A stretch of 64,000 nucleotides of DNA, taken from the NCBI GenBank assembly GCA_027923505.1, contig BROI01000015.1, positions 248,001 through 312,000 of the forward strand, read 5' to 3'. How positions within the stretch are numbered: position 1 is the first letter of the stretch; every line of letters begins with the position of its first letter. The notes under the pieces were generated by a model that was given only the letters and a program-made list of their open reading frames with translations, did not search any database and was not told the DNA's origin. The DNA is from Mayamaea pseudoterrestris (taxonomy: Eukaryota). Below are positions 12,260-24,457 of the stretch, in pieces. Made by a program: the position numbers and the translations under genes.

Positions 12260-14570
12260 CATGTCAATGCCAAAGAATCGACACGATCCAAAGATAACTG
12301 GATGCTTGGGCGAATAACGAAAGTGTACTTGGTCACATCCCATTGCCGGTCGCGATATCTCGGCAACCTCGGGGAAGTAGGTTTGACTTGGTACTCCCGT
12401 GGGCGAGTAATTAAATCGCCTCGGCTGTTTCGTCCGGCAATGGGCGTTCTTTTTCTTCTGGTTCCGAGCACCCGTTTCGCTACCGGCATCCTTCTTGACG
12501 GTTTCCTGAGCTTTCGGTTTTGACTGACCTTGCTTCTTGAGCTCACGAGTCGCTTTTCTTGTTTCTCCCATGCCTTGTGTGTTGTTCGTACTTTACCTTC
12601 TCCATCTTTTGACGTGTCGTGGTTGCCCTTGTACAGGGCCCGAGTTTCAAGTCTTCAATGTGCAATATTCTTGGCAAACGCTATTTAGAAAATCTTGGTC
12701 GTGCGATACGATAAGGAGTGTCTTTTTCCACTTTTGCAAGTACTCATCCAACCAAATGACGCGTTCACTGGTAAGCAGAACGGGCGTGAACGAGCGAGCA
12801 CAGCAATTTTGCGTTAACCGCCACTTCCTCGTTTGCAAGCAACAATAGCCATACAGAAAGCAACAATAGTCACAAAGAGAAAGGGTGACGTACAGTCGGG
12901 ACGGTTTGTTGGTTCATCAAGCCCAACAAGGTTGCTCTACAAGGGGCCCGAGCGGGCGGGAATTCTCATTCTCCAGCCTCCACTAAACATCTTGGTCGGC
13001 TTGGTCTGCATGTCCATGGTGAAACCTAGACCAAACAAAATTCTGCGCGCCTTGGCTTCGGCAGAATCGGATCCCATGTTCGTTAGTTCGTCCACAACGG
13101 TTTGAAGGCGATCAATTTTTTCCTCCGACTCGTCACCATTGTCAATGGCGGCCATGAGAGCCTTTTCCTCAAGATCCTCGTAGCTTGTCAGCCTTCAATA
13201 CAGCTTCCGCGGCGGGCGTATCGTCGCACGCTTCCTGCTCCACGTACAAAAAGTCGATGCGTGGCGGCACCTCCAAATCTTGCGTCGTTTTCAGCAACGT
13301 TCTTGCCGCGTCCTTCCGTTACAACAGGTTAGCTCAATCGGTCTTTCAGCCAACACATATACAATCAAATGCTGCACGTTCCTGCCACCATGGCACGCTT
13401 ATGAAATCCGTCTCTGCAAAACATATGCACGCGACAACAACGTACCATTTGGACCGACCAAACCGTAACGTCTACCGTGCGCAATTGAAAGAGCTGCATC
13501 CTTGAACAATATTTTTCCCGCTGCACTAATACTAAATGAAGGAACGTTGATGTCCAATGAATTTTCCCAATTGGAGTCATTCTCGTTCACGGCCGTTTGA
13601 CTGCAAGCAAACTGCGCTCCCTCGCGTGAAGCCTTGGCCGCCGCCATTTCATACTGTGCTTCACGCTGAGCCGCCTGCTTGGCCTTGATGAGCTTTTGCG
13701 TTCCTTGTTGCTCAATTTCTTCCCATCCGTCCCCGGGGAATCGTTCATCGTGTCGCTGTCACCGCCATCTTCCGCCGCTTTTGGCCAGCGACTTGTCCGT
13801 CCGTGGTCGTCCGGTGCGCCGTACAAGACTGCATCGTCACCATCTTGTTGCTCGTCGACGTCAGCCTTGTCGACTTGCTCATCGTACGCGTCAGGCATGG
13901 TGGCAAGTTGATTCATGCCACTGGCAACCTTTTTCTTTTGTTTCTTGTCCTTGTCGTCTACAACCTTTGACGCTGCTTCATCGTCCGCTGCCTTGGTCGC
14001 TGCCAGCTTTGCTTCCATTTGTATTTCAAACTTTGACTTTTTCTTTGCTTCTGGTTTAGATGGCTGGGACGGAGCGACTGCAGCAGGTTTCTCGACAACC
14101 TTTTCGTCTTCCTCGTCGTCACTCTCATCAAGCCTTTGCTTTGCTTGCTTGGGTTTCTTGTCCTTCTTCTCCTTCTTTTCTTTCTTGTCCTTCTTCTTCT
14201 TCTTGGACTCACCATCACCACTCATCAGAGCTCCCCATCCATCGTCTGCTAGTTTCGTCGTGACTTGCTGTACGTCATCATCGTCGTCTTTGGCGGCGGC
14301 AGGCACATCATTGTCGTCGCTATCAGATCCAGCCAGTGCAGCAGCCATGACAGCCGACGCCTTTTTCTTTTGATTCTTCTTGACAGATTGTTGCTTGGCT
14401 CTACCTTTTTGAGCAGGAGGGCCATCGTCTTCGTCATCATCCTCGCTATCACTTCCATAGTTTGTCTTTAACTTGCCACCCAAGAGCGCCGCCAAGTGCT
14501 CGTCACCGTTGTCATCGTCGTCAGAGTCATCCTGCTGCGATGGCTTTCCCTTATTCTTTTTACGAGCCAT
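12260..14570 (-). pseudogene. ABC-F (ABCF1/GCN20-like) ATPase gene, frameshifted and truncated before NBD2
   Basis: Lys/Asp-rich N-terminus from ATG 14570. Walker [14 protein letters not shown] is split by an intron starting ~13445. Also FSGGWRMR signature, [23 protein letters not shown], linker RELKKQGQSK and VHFRYSPKHPVIF..FGIDM, followed by a GTGAGT donor (~12259) running into copia sequence. Several frameshifts, which could be consensus errors. Confidence 0.85.
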
Positions 14571-14717
14571 GCTGATAATAAACTCAGAGTGGACGGTAGT
14601 GTACCGATAGTAAGCAGCGGGATTACAAGGGAAGACGCAACGACGAATGAGGTGATGATGAGCGAGCGGATTTCGTGGTGATCCGTCGGTGCGAGTACCG
14701 AAACGATTCACCTGCGC

Positions 14718-14965
14718 CAATTGCGCCACAAGGCAATAGTACGAAACAAGTGCCAGTGTCAATTACGTCACAAGGCAATAGTACGAAACGAGTGCCAGTG
14801 TCAATTACGTCACAAGGCAATAGCACGAAACGAGTGTCAGTGTCAGTTACGTCACAAGGCAATAGTACGAAACGAGTGCCAGTGTCAATCACGTCACGAG
14901 GCAATAGCATGAAACGAGTGCCAGTGTCAATTGCGTCCTATTTACTATTGCCTTTAGGACGCGAC
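14718..14965. repeat. 42-bp minisatellite, locus 1 (~5.2 units plus a short inverted partial unit)
   Basis: Unit CAATTACGTCACAAGGCAATAGTACGAAACGAGTGCCAGTGT, ending in GCGTCCTA-tttactattgcctt-TAGGACGC. Confidence 0.95.
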
Positions 14966-16718
14966 TTCCTCGCGATGCGGACGAGCCGCCAGAAGATGTC
15001 CATCTAAACTCAAAGGAACGACAGCTTTGGCTCCATTATTGTTTAATGTATTACAAATGAAAAGCATATCGGAAGGAATGATAGCTTAGTAGTGGCTCGA
15101 GCTGGTTGTGTTTTGGCATCAGACCAAAGTGTTCTCATTGACGTATTGACCGTCGACTGCTCCTTCGGCGTCTGCGTCTAGCCGCGAATAAAACATTATC
15201 TTTCTGCTGCAACCTCTGAATGTTACAGAAGGGACCAAGACAAGATGACGCTGCGAAACGGCCCGCTGATTTGATAGAGGCTGTTGCCAATCGATGCATG
15301 GCTGAGTGTCTGTGGAGCGACTCGTTGCATCACTTGGTTCAAGTGCCTCTGCAGAGCCAGGCCCTTTGACGAGCAGAATTGTATTAGTTTGCATTATCAG
15401 GCTCAAGAGAAAAAATATCCGTTTCGTTTCGAATCTTTTGCCGACATCATCGTCTCAGGTTCCCTTTTAAAACGCGACCAAAAAAGCGAATCTGGCCGGA
15501 CTGCAGAGCGGTCGACATGTTCGATTTCCGCGAAAACAACCGGCCTTTTGCACCCAGCAGCATCAGACGAGTCCAGTCCAGTATACAGTACATCTGCTGG
15601 CCCACCACTTTGCTTACGAGTTAAAGCCATCGTAAGCTGGACATTGCGGCTGGCACCCAAGCATGCGACCTTTTGCGGCAGTTTCTGTTGGCTTCATGGC
15701 CGGTGTCATATGCCATCAAGCATGCTGGAATCGCAACCACAGACTTTTGGACTATATAGAATCACATCAACAGCAGCAATCACGACCAAATTCAACGTTA
15801 GTTCAAAAGGATGACATTATAAAGATGACAAAGTATGATGACAAGCATGGTGACAAATCAAGCGACGAATCACCGCCCTCCTCGCACAAGGCGAGAAATA
15901 CCTCTGCGGGCAAGAGGCAACAAGCATCAAAGAAGCGTTGATGGGTGTTTACAGTGGTATTCGATTATTCGCATTCGAACTACGTTGTAGTAGTCGATTC
16001 ATAAGTAATAAGAGTACATCTTTGGAGACATGAGGCGACAACGACACATCATTGTAGTCCATCTACCTACTGCAATTCATAAACGACATACGATTGTATT
16101 TATCACTTTGTAAAACATTTGGCCAGTGGGGCGGTCATTGCCTTGAATGGGATAAATCGCCTCCCTTTCGCGCATCTAAGCATTCGTCGCATGGTCATAC
16201 ACCCTTGCAGCCGTCTCTGTAGTTGTGTTTGTGTCACAAGACGGCGACATTGACTTGTCGATGTATTCACAACTTGGCGCAGAGCAAGTAAGAGTCGAAA
16301 GAAAATATGGCGTTGCTTCTGATTTCTGATCGCGCGACAAGCGACAAGTCAGAGCCGCACACTCTTCACTCACAAGTAAAAGAAAGCGGCCATCTCGGCC
16401 AATTCTCACGGGATTAGACGCAAGTAACTTTGTAATGCTTTTAGAGCTACTACATGTACTACCGCACAACGTGCCTACTGGTTGATAGTGGGTCGTGTGT
16501 GTTAGCAATCGAAAATGTGAGGCGTGCAGTTGAAAACGCAGCGGTTTCAGCAAATGACTCATGCAGATTAGTAATGACGTTTCTTTCCTTCGTTTTCAGT
16601 ATTGCATGCATTTGCGTCACACTCCGAGAGTTTCGTGAGAATCGCGGGTGCGACCACGGCGCACTCATCTGCCATAATGTTAGCACCAATTCAAGTCCGT
16701 GCTTGATCGTCGACTGAA

Positions 16719-19694
16719 ATGGCAACATCCAACGGCACCTTTCTTGCTTTGGCTCCCGCGTTAAATGGAGTTCTATTGCCACCCAATCGCAAGAAACCTC
16801 GGCCAAACCAAAACGCCTTGGTTGTATTGACATCGTCGGAACGTCACGATCAAGATTTCATTTTCGGACGCTACGAATTACGACTCGCTCATTGGCAGAG
16901 CTGCTTATGCTTTGGTGATTTTGGAACGAAAAGAATTTGTGCTTTCGAGCGGCGTGACTCGTCTGTTTTCGCTTCCGACGAAGGCGACCAAGGCAAGGAT
17001 GCATCATATAGTCAACGAAGCAAATCATCGGCGTTTTGTGAACGCTGCGAACGTCCTTGGACCAAGCATATACCAAAAAAGTTCCTCAAAGTTTCTGGCT
17101 GCAACAAGACGAAGGACGAACGCATCGATGGAGTAGCTGTACCTCTCTTTATTCATGCCCGAGGTGATGGCACTTACCCAGTCATGGACAAGATGCAACT
17201 TAACGGCAAGAACTTGTGTGACTATGGCTTTGATAAAAGCAGTGGCCGAACAGCGAAAGATTTCTGGGCCGGTCCGCTGTTAATTCAAGAGGGCGACTCG
17301 ATTAATTTTCGGCCGATTTGCGACGACGAATTGCCATTAGAATTTCTAGTCGTTGCACACCAGAACGGCAGGCGTTTGCCAGAAACAAAAGCGACAACAA
17401 TTGTGCATCAAATTACTGACAAACCGATAGACGAGAGTGAGCAAAAGGGTTGTGCTTTGCCAATGAGCCCTGATGACACGGAATCTCCGCTGAGAACGCA
17501 GGCGTACGATGAGAAGTGGCCTATTCGTCCTGCGTCGGAATCTAGGTTTCCACACTTGTTTCAAAGCAGCGAATCACTAGAACACGACAGAGCAGAAGAA
17601 AAAGAAGAAGTTATGCTGCAGCAACTATTGCCGTTAGAAGACTCGCCACTGCTGTTCACGCCGCCGATTGCGGCGATGGCGAAAACGGCGATGCTCGTAG
17701 GTGAGATGCCGGCAAAGCCAGCTCAACAAAATAACCTGTTTGACGGACAATCAACCGCAGATGAGCACGAAGATTGTCGTAAAGTGCGTAAGTCTCCTTT
17801 TGACAAGGTGCTAACGACTATGCAGATTCCAGCAAGCCTGGAACAGGTCGTTGGTATTGCCACTGTTAGTGTGGACGAGAACGTTGTTACATCTGACTCG
17901 AAACGCGAAACAGAGAGCGCTGATACCAAGGCGGCTGGTCCCAAGCTTTACTTCGTTAGCTGCAACCGGCATGCCGACATGTTCAATAAGCAGATTCGTG
18001 AACGAGCGAGGCGCAAGGCTATTGCTCGCGGGGCCACAATCATGGACACTTTTGATCGATTAAATCCACCGAATTACTTGATTGTTGGTAATTCGTTGCG
18101 AATGGATGAAGGTGAATTGATCAATGAGGATTTAAAGTTTTACAGCGTCCAGGACCTGCATCAGTACATGGAACAGCACGGCGTTGTCTTGGCGCGGCTC
18201 AAGTGGGTGATGAAGGCGGATGACCTTGAGCGATTTGGTCCGGTCACTGGCGACGAGACTTATCGGCTGGCGCTGCACAGTCGGAAGTCTTTAAGTAAGC
18301 AACCGGAAGCTGGAGTAGAGTCGCCACACAAGCGTCAGAGAGGCATTCCGCTGGATAGTCAGATCACCGAACGCAAGAATTCAGATCTTGCCGACCTATT
18401 TACTGAGCTCTCCGAGCTATACCGAGACGCTCCTATGGACGATCAGGATCTATGGCGAGCGTATACGTTTAACAAAGCCGCGAGTGTTATGCGCCATCTG
18501 ACATTCGATGTCACATTCGAAAATGTCGACGACCTGAAGGATCAGTACGGGCTGAAGGGGAGTTGCGTGGATATTGCGAAAGAGTATGTCACCACAGGAG
18601 GCTGCCTAAGGCGACAGTCTTTAATCGCGGATAGGGATCGCGCGGCTATTCGAGACTTTACGGGTATTTGGGGCGTTGGTCCAAAGAGAGCAAAGGAGTT
18701 GCTGAGTTTGGGCTATCACGATATCGAAAGTTTGCGTACAGCAACTGAATTAGGAAAGCTAATGTGGCAGCGCAACGAGTATTTGGGCTTGAAGTATTAC
18801 GAAGACATTAACGAGGAAATGGATCGTGACGAAGCTACGCACATTGTCAAGATTGTAACAACTGTAGCCAACAGCGACCAATTTTATCCATCTGCTCAAG
18901 TCCACGCCATGGGGTCTTATAGGCGGATGAAACCTACAAATGGGGATGTGGACTTTATCATCACCGATCCTGCTTGGCTGAATGAGGTGCCCCCCACGTT
19001 TCTCGGACAACTTGTGGATAAATTGCACGACGATGAATTCATTTTGCATCACCTTACTTTGATTCGAGGCATGAACCCCGACCGGTTTGAGACGCTTGAA
19101 CCGTCGGAAAAGAAGTTCATTAAACCATTGGCAAGTGTTTCCTCGACGAAAAGGAAAGACAAGCGATCCTACACTTGGATGGGTATTTTCAAGTCACCGA
19201 CAATAAGTGGCAAAGTCAGACGGGTTGATATTAAGGTGTATCCATACTCGGAGTTTGTATATGCCTCGTTATACTTTACCGGTGAGTTTAAAATAATGAC
19301 ACGCTTAATACGAGTATGTGGGAGCGGCTGCGCTCATTTGTGAATATATCAAATTTCAGGCAACGGTCATTTCAATCGCGCAATGCGCTTCTGGTCAAAG
19401 AAGATGATGGGATATAGACTGGACGACCATGGGTTGTGGATGCTGGACGGAAGCGGTAAGCTTCGACTCGATGACGCAGGGTACGCAATTCGCGCGAAGG
19501 AGCCAGACGGCAGCATTTTCAGACCAACGACGGAGAAAGACGTGTTTGACAAACTCGGCCTCGTTTGGAGAGAGCCTCATGAAAGAGACGGCTTTGCTGC
19601 ATTACAGAGCAAAGACGATAAAGAACAGATGGATCTGTCGGTTAATATGGGAGACATTATGTCGGATACGCGCGAGTATACATGGGTTGCTTAG
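16719..19694 (+). CDS. X-family DNA polymerase (Pol lambda/beta-like) with BRCT-like domain and long N-terminal extension
   Basis: HhH GIWGVGPKRA, catalytic GSYRR..GDVDF and RRVDIK. Removing intron 19282-19359 (GTGAGT..TTTCAG) gives YFTG|NGHFNRAMR. C-terminal TEKDVFDKLGLVWREPHER. Confidence 0.92.
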
Positions 19695-19948
19695 ATGAGC
19701 TGGTTGTGACGGCCATGTTTGTTTCATTGTTCATTCATCACCGACCGGTGCAAGGCTGCTCGATGGTGTGCCACGGAAGAAAGCCAAATTCGCAGTTACT
19801 CAGATGTTGGGCTTGGAAGTATCATTGTGACTTGCGAGTGGGAGCTGATTCTGTCGGTACGATAGATGCTGTCGCTGGCGGCCATGGTAAAAAATGGGCG
19901 ATGCTTGTCGAAACGCGACCACTCTTTCATTCACAGTGCAAATTTGGA

Positions 19949-20133
19949 AGTGAAAACTGCGTCACGAGGCAATAGTAGAAAACGAGTGCCAGTGAAAACT
20001 GCGTCACTTGGCAATAGTACGAAACGAGTGCCAGTGAGAACTGCGTCATATGGCAATAGTATGAAACGAGTGCCAGTGAAAACTTCGTCATCAAGGCTAT
20101 ATTAGGAAACGAGTGCCAGTGAAAACTACGTCA
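19949..20133. repeat. 42-bp minisatellite, locus 2 (~4.4 units)
   Basis: Unit AGTGAAAACTGCGTCA.xxGGCAATAGTAxGAAACGAGTGCC, same family as locus 1. Confidence 0.93.
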
Positions 20134-20301
20134 GCAAAGCTCGCTCACTGTCAGGATCCGTTTCGTGGACACGCACTCGATGTCGTACCAAGATGATGTT
20201 GAAGTTGTCGGTCCTCGTATGCTCCCATCGGTTGCGACTGCGACGATGACATTGCATGAAGTCGTTCTACCCTCGTTTTGGAACATTATTTATTCGCAAC
20301 C

Positions 20302-20824
20302 ATGAATAACGTTATGATGGCTCAACTCATGAAGGATATGCAGGTGTGTAAATGGATTATTTGTCGCACGTAAAGCGAATATCGATGGCGACATTCCTGT
20401 CGTTCGATCGAGAACAGGCAACGGCTCGACCAGTTCGACGGGAAAGGTGTCTTGATTGAAATCTGTGCATATTACCTCATCGTTCTGTAATTGTAGCCTC
20501 TCACACATTCTCATCATGACTGTATCATAGGACCCAGAAATGGTTCGCGAGGCGCAGAAACTAATGAAGGACCCCGCCTTTCAGGCGCAAATGCGAACCA
20601 TGATGCAAGCTCCTCAATTCCAACAGGCTATGCAAAAGACACAGGATGCCATGAAGGATCCTGAAAAGCTCAAGGAGTTGGAAGAAAAGGCCAAGCAGGC
20701 TCTTGAAGAAGGAAACAAGAAGCTTTCCGAGATTGAATCGGCGCGGACACAAGATGGCGACCAGAAGCCAGCAGCAGATGGGTCTGATGACATCGAAGAC
20801 GTTCCCAACCTTGGCTTGAATTAG
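20302..20824 (+). CDS. Small STI1/HOP (DP-repeat)-like protein
   Basis: Exon 20302-20343 (MNNVMMAQLMKDMQ), intron 20344-20530, exon 20531-20824 (DPEMVREAQKLMKDPAFQAQM..MKDPEKL). 5' end uncertain. Confidence 0.6.
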
Positions 20825-21272
20825 TATTCGAGTTGGAAGCATGCTTTTTGCGTGAGGCAGGCGTGGCGTATTCCAGGGGCTCGGCGCTTGGCACGAAGAT
20901 GGTTTTCGGTCACGTATGTAGTTTTACCCATGACTGCAGCTAATCAAATCAACTTGTATACATCCTATAGCACATGTTGCATGGATTGGTGCACGACGAG
21001 ACGTGAGACGCAAGCTAATGTAGGTCCATCCAGCGTTCACATTCATATCATACTATGCATAGCTACATGAGGTGCTCATGACCTAATGGCTCGTCCGTTT
21101 CCAGATTCTCGGAAGGCGCGCCGCTTCGCGTCACGCGTTTTTGTTCGACGCGACCATGACGAATGAATGAACGCACAATGCTTGAAATCGTCGCCTGACG
21201 CGCTATTAAACTTAAAGCAATCAACAGACGACTTTCTATACCCCGGGAAAATAAATCATCAATGCGAAGATT

Positions 21273-22088
21273 ATGCGACAACGGGCTCTTCCTTTGGTAG
21301 CTTCTCCGTCACGGCCTTTACCATCAGCAGCAGCAGCAGCAGCAGCAATTGGCGAGACGAAGACGATGCTTTCGCACCGAAGAAATCGCTCACAATCTGC
21401 CGAAAAGACAAATAGCGGCGGCAGTAGCACCAGCAGCTCCTGGGAGATTACTTCTTCGCCTCAGCCTGACTCTGCAAAACATCTACATTCCTTTCATTAC
21501 CCAAACGGTTATCAAAATCATCACCGCAAACATGTTGCTCTTCAAAACGTTCACCTCTTTTACCGGACGCCTCTTCACGTATCGGACGCTGATTATCGAG
21601 CGTTTATTGGTCTAACAAAGACTCCTGCTTCTGCTCCTATTTCCCGACAGTGCTGCTTGAGCGTTTGCGTAGGATTCTCGTGGATTGCTGTTGGTTTCTT
21701 CCTGCTAATTTACGTTTTACTCCGTTTCCAACCACTCTACATTCCTCATGCACTTTCACATCATTATATTCAACGCAATGGAAAACTCGTCAAGGTTAGC
21801 GACGTTGGATCTAGCCCTTTAGCAACGGTTGCTCTGCATACAATGTTTGCCTATCTCGCTGTCGCTCTCATTTGCGGATATTACGCCAATCCCAACAAGT
21901 GGCGCCAGCAAAAGTACCAAGACATTCCCGAGGCGACTTTGCCAATCACGGCGAGGGCAAATACGGGTCCGATTGATTTGTACGAGGATAGCATTTGCGA
22001 GCGTGCGTCGGCCGGCTTCAAAAAGTGGATGCTTGTAAAAGGCTATCGAAGAGCGAGGCGCAAACAGGTCGAAACCAAAACGGTTTGA
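21273..22088 (+). CDS. Hypothetical membrane protein with two predicted TM segments
   Basis: 271-aa ORF with hydrophobic CCLSVCVGFSWIAVGFFLLIYVLL and TMFAYLAVALICGYY. Confidence 0.6.
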   Translation: MRQRALPLVASPSRPLPSAAAAAAAIGETKTMLSHRRNRSQSAEKTNSGGSSTSSSWEITSSPQPDSAKHLHSFHYPNGYQNHHRKHVALQNVHLFYRTPLHVSDADYRAFIGLTKTPASAPISRQCCLSVCVGFSWIAVGFFLLIYVLLRFQPLYIPHALSHHYIQRNGKLVKVSDVGSSPLATVALHTMFAYLAVALICGYYANPNKWRQQKYQDIPEATLPITARANTGPIDLYEDSICERASAGFKKWMLVKGYRRARRKQVETKTV

Positions 22089-22260
22089 CAGTTATTGGAA
22101 TTGTTGGTGTGCAAAGATTATACAACCTTGCAGATATCTATAATAAGTAGACATTTTGGTTTACTGCGTCGCGTTGGATTCGACGAATATACCGGTAGTC
22201 AAGAAAGACTCTGCCTGCCTATTACGAATATCTCGGTAGCTCAGATCCAGATCCGATCCA

Positions 22261-24134
22261 TTATACCGATACACCACTCGAAATGTCAATATCCATCGAA
22301 GTTTCGTCCAGCGGAACATCGTACTTGCCGCCTGGAATCTTTGCATCGAGACCCAAAAGACTGCTGCCATCGAGACCAATACTACTGTCGTCCATGCTGA
22401 GTGTTTGATTTGCCGTAAGTAAGGTTTGTTGTCGAAAAGCTTTAAGAAACTCCTTGTAGGATATTTTACCGTCTTTGTTCTCATCGGCGCTGCAAATTAT
22501 AGCTTCAATCTCGTCGTTGCAGTCTTCGCCAAGTATTTCTTGCAGGTTCTTCTTGCTAATGAAGCCCGTGCCATCACTATCGAGTCTATCGAACGCGTCA
22601 GCAATGCGATCTTCACTGATATGACCATGCGCTTCGACAGTCGCCGCTAAAAACTCCGTGTATCGCAAATGGCCGTCCTTGTTAATGTCCTGCGTCGTTG
22701 AATGAATATTGCGGATCAAGTTAACCAAACTTGCATGTCATGCCATGCTTCATACATCAATGCTGTACACTTACGACGCTGTCAAAAACCTCTTTCAAAA
22801 CCTCATCTGAAAGAGCAGATCGCTCGAGAGCCATCTTGAACTCTTCAAATGTAACGATGCCATTACGATTCTTATCGAACGCTTCAAACGTACGGCTGAG
22901 TTCAACTATCTGCTCCGACGTTGATCGATGGGCAATTACATTCAACGCCAGCTTCTTCAAAGATGATACATATCGGTACCCATGCAAGCTATCGTCCAAT
23001 TTTCGTAGCAGCTGCTCTGATGGCTTTTCGTCGTGCCAGTGCTCTCGATTCACGAGCCAAGGATGGCTCAAGGCCATGTTTGCGTCCATTCGTTCCTTTG
23101 GATCAACAATGAGCAGCTTGCTCACAAAATCCTTGCCCGTGTCTGAAATACAATCCCAGATTTCACCAGTAAAGCTGTAATGCGCTCGCATAATAAAGTC
23201 AACCATTTGTCGGCGACTCTGGCTATAGAATGGCTTGCGTGATCCAAGCATCATGAATGCAATCACTCCAAGCGACCAAAGATCTGCCTTTTCAGAGTAA
23301 ATTCCCTGTAGAACTTCTGAGGAATGCAAAGAAACGCATTGAGTTGGAAATAGGCTGTCATGGACAGCATAAATACACACGAAATTAAAACGTGACGTAC
23401 GCGGTGCCATGGAATAGATTGTACCCACGCGATCACGCATGAGCTTCGGTCGACCATCAAACTTTTTGCTCAAACCAAAATCAATGACCTTTAGTGTCGA
23501 CGGCCCGTCAATCATGACTAAACAAGGACAAGCGCAATGTCAGACATGCGGATGCAAAAATTTATATGAAACATCAACACTCACTGTTCTCCCATTTTAA
23601 GTCACGATGCACCACGCCATTATCGTGCATGTAGCAAACAGCTGAAACGAGCTGTGCCGTGTAGCGAGCAGCTTGTCGCTCCGAGTAGGGACATCGGCAG
23701 TACAAGTCGCCACCCGAGCAAAGATCGAGGACCATGAATATTTGCTTTTTGTACGTATACACCTCGTGCAATCGAACAATATTGGGATGATCCAGAGAGC
23801 GTAGAATCGTGATTTCATTCTTGAGTTCGTCGAGAAACGTGCTGGAGAGTCGATCGAGAATGATTGACTTGAGTGCATACTCATACGTCGACGAGAGTTC
23901 GATTGACTGTTCCGATCGCTTCTTGCGCTTCCTCAGCAAACCAAAAGGCCCTCTCGTTTCTTCCAAACGAAAAGCTGATCCCCCAATCTTATCAGATTTT
24001 GTTCGAACCTTGCTGACTGATCCCATGGAGCCTTGGCCAAGCAATTCAATGATTTCGTACTTGCGAAAGACATCCTTCTTGGCTTGCTCGCGAACAATAT
24101 TGAATTGGAAATTGGTAAATTGTTCCGACGACAT
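22261..24134 (-). CDS. Calcium-dependent protein kinase (kinase plus EF-hands)
   Basis: LGQGSMG, YALK, HRDLKWEN, DFGLSK, DLWSLG, and EF-hand loops DKNRNG, DINKDG, DSDGTG, DENKDG. Introns at ~23584-23518, 23400-23317 and 22774-22690. Start uncertain. Confidence 0.93.
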
Positions 24135-24457
24135 GTCAGAAGAGTCGAGCTTTATATGTAATACTACCACTTCGGTAGGTATGGCAGCAAGGGTAAGGAC
24201 TACCGGTAGTTACAAACGCTTAGTCTTGCCAGTCTGGAACTGGCAACAAAAACCAGCCCCATCCGAATGATCAGCGATCGGCGCGACATTCAATGTCGGA
24301 CCGGTAGTCCTAATGCGCGGCAACCGCGCCGTTTCCAACTCGTCAACCTCCATTCACTGTCAATCGCTTCGACTTCGTCGATCTTATCGTCGGAACGACC
24401 TACTGGACCTTGCCCATCTCTTACTTTCTACTGTAAAGTAAAGAAACAACTGCCATC

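Noticed and set aside
14623..15007. Repeat-protein ORFs (VPVSITSQGNSTKR)n and other frames
   Set aside because: A 42-bp (3n) unit keeps several frames open on both strands, so these are by-products of the minisatellite.
15119..16717. Several overlapping ORFs of 85-176 aa on both strands
   Set aside because: No motifs or consistent exon structure, so no frame can be chosen.
21273..22088. RNASEK/V-ATPase subunit f assignment from the CC-TM..TM layout
   Set aside because: The resemblance is only topological; a profile search would be needed.
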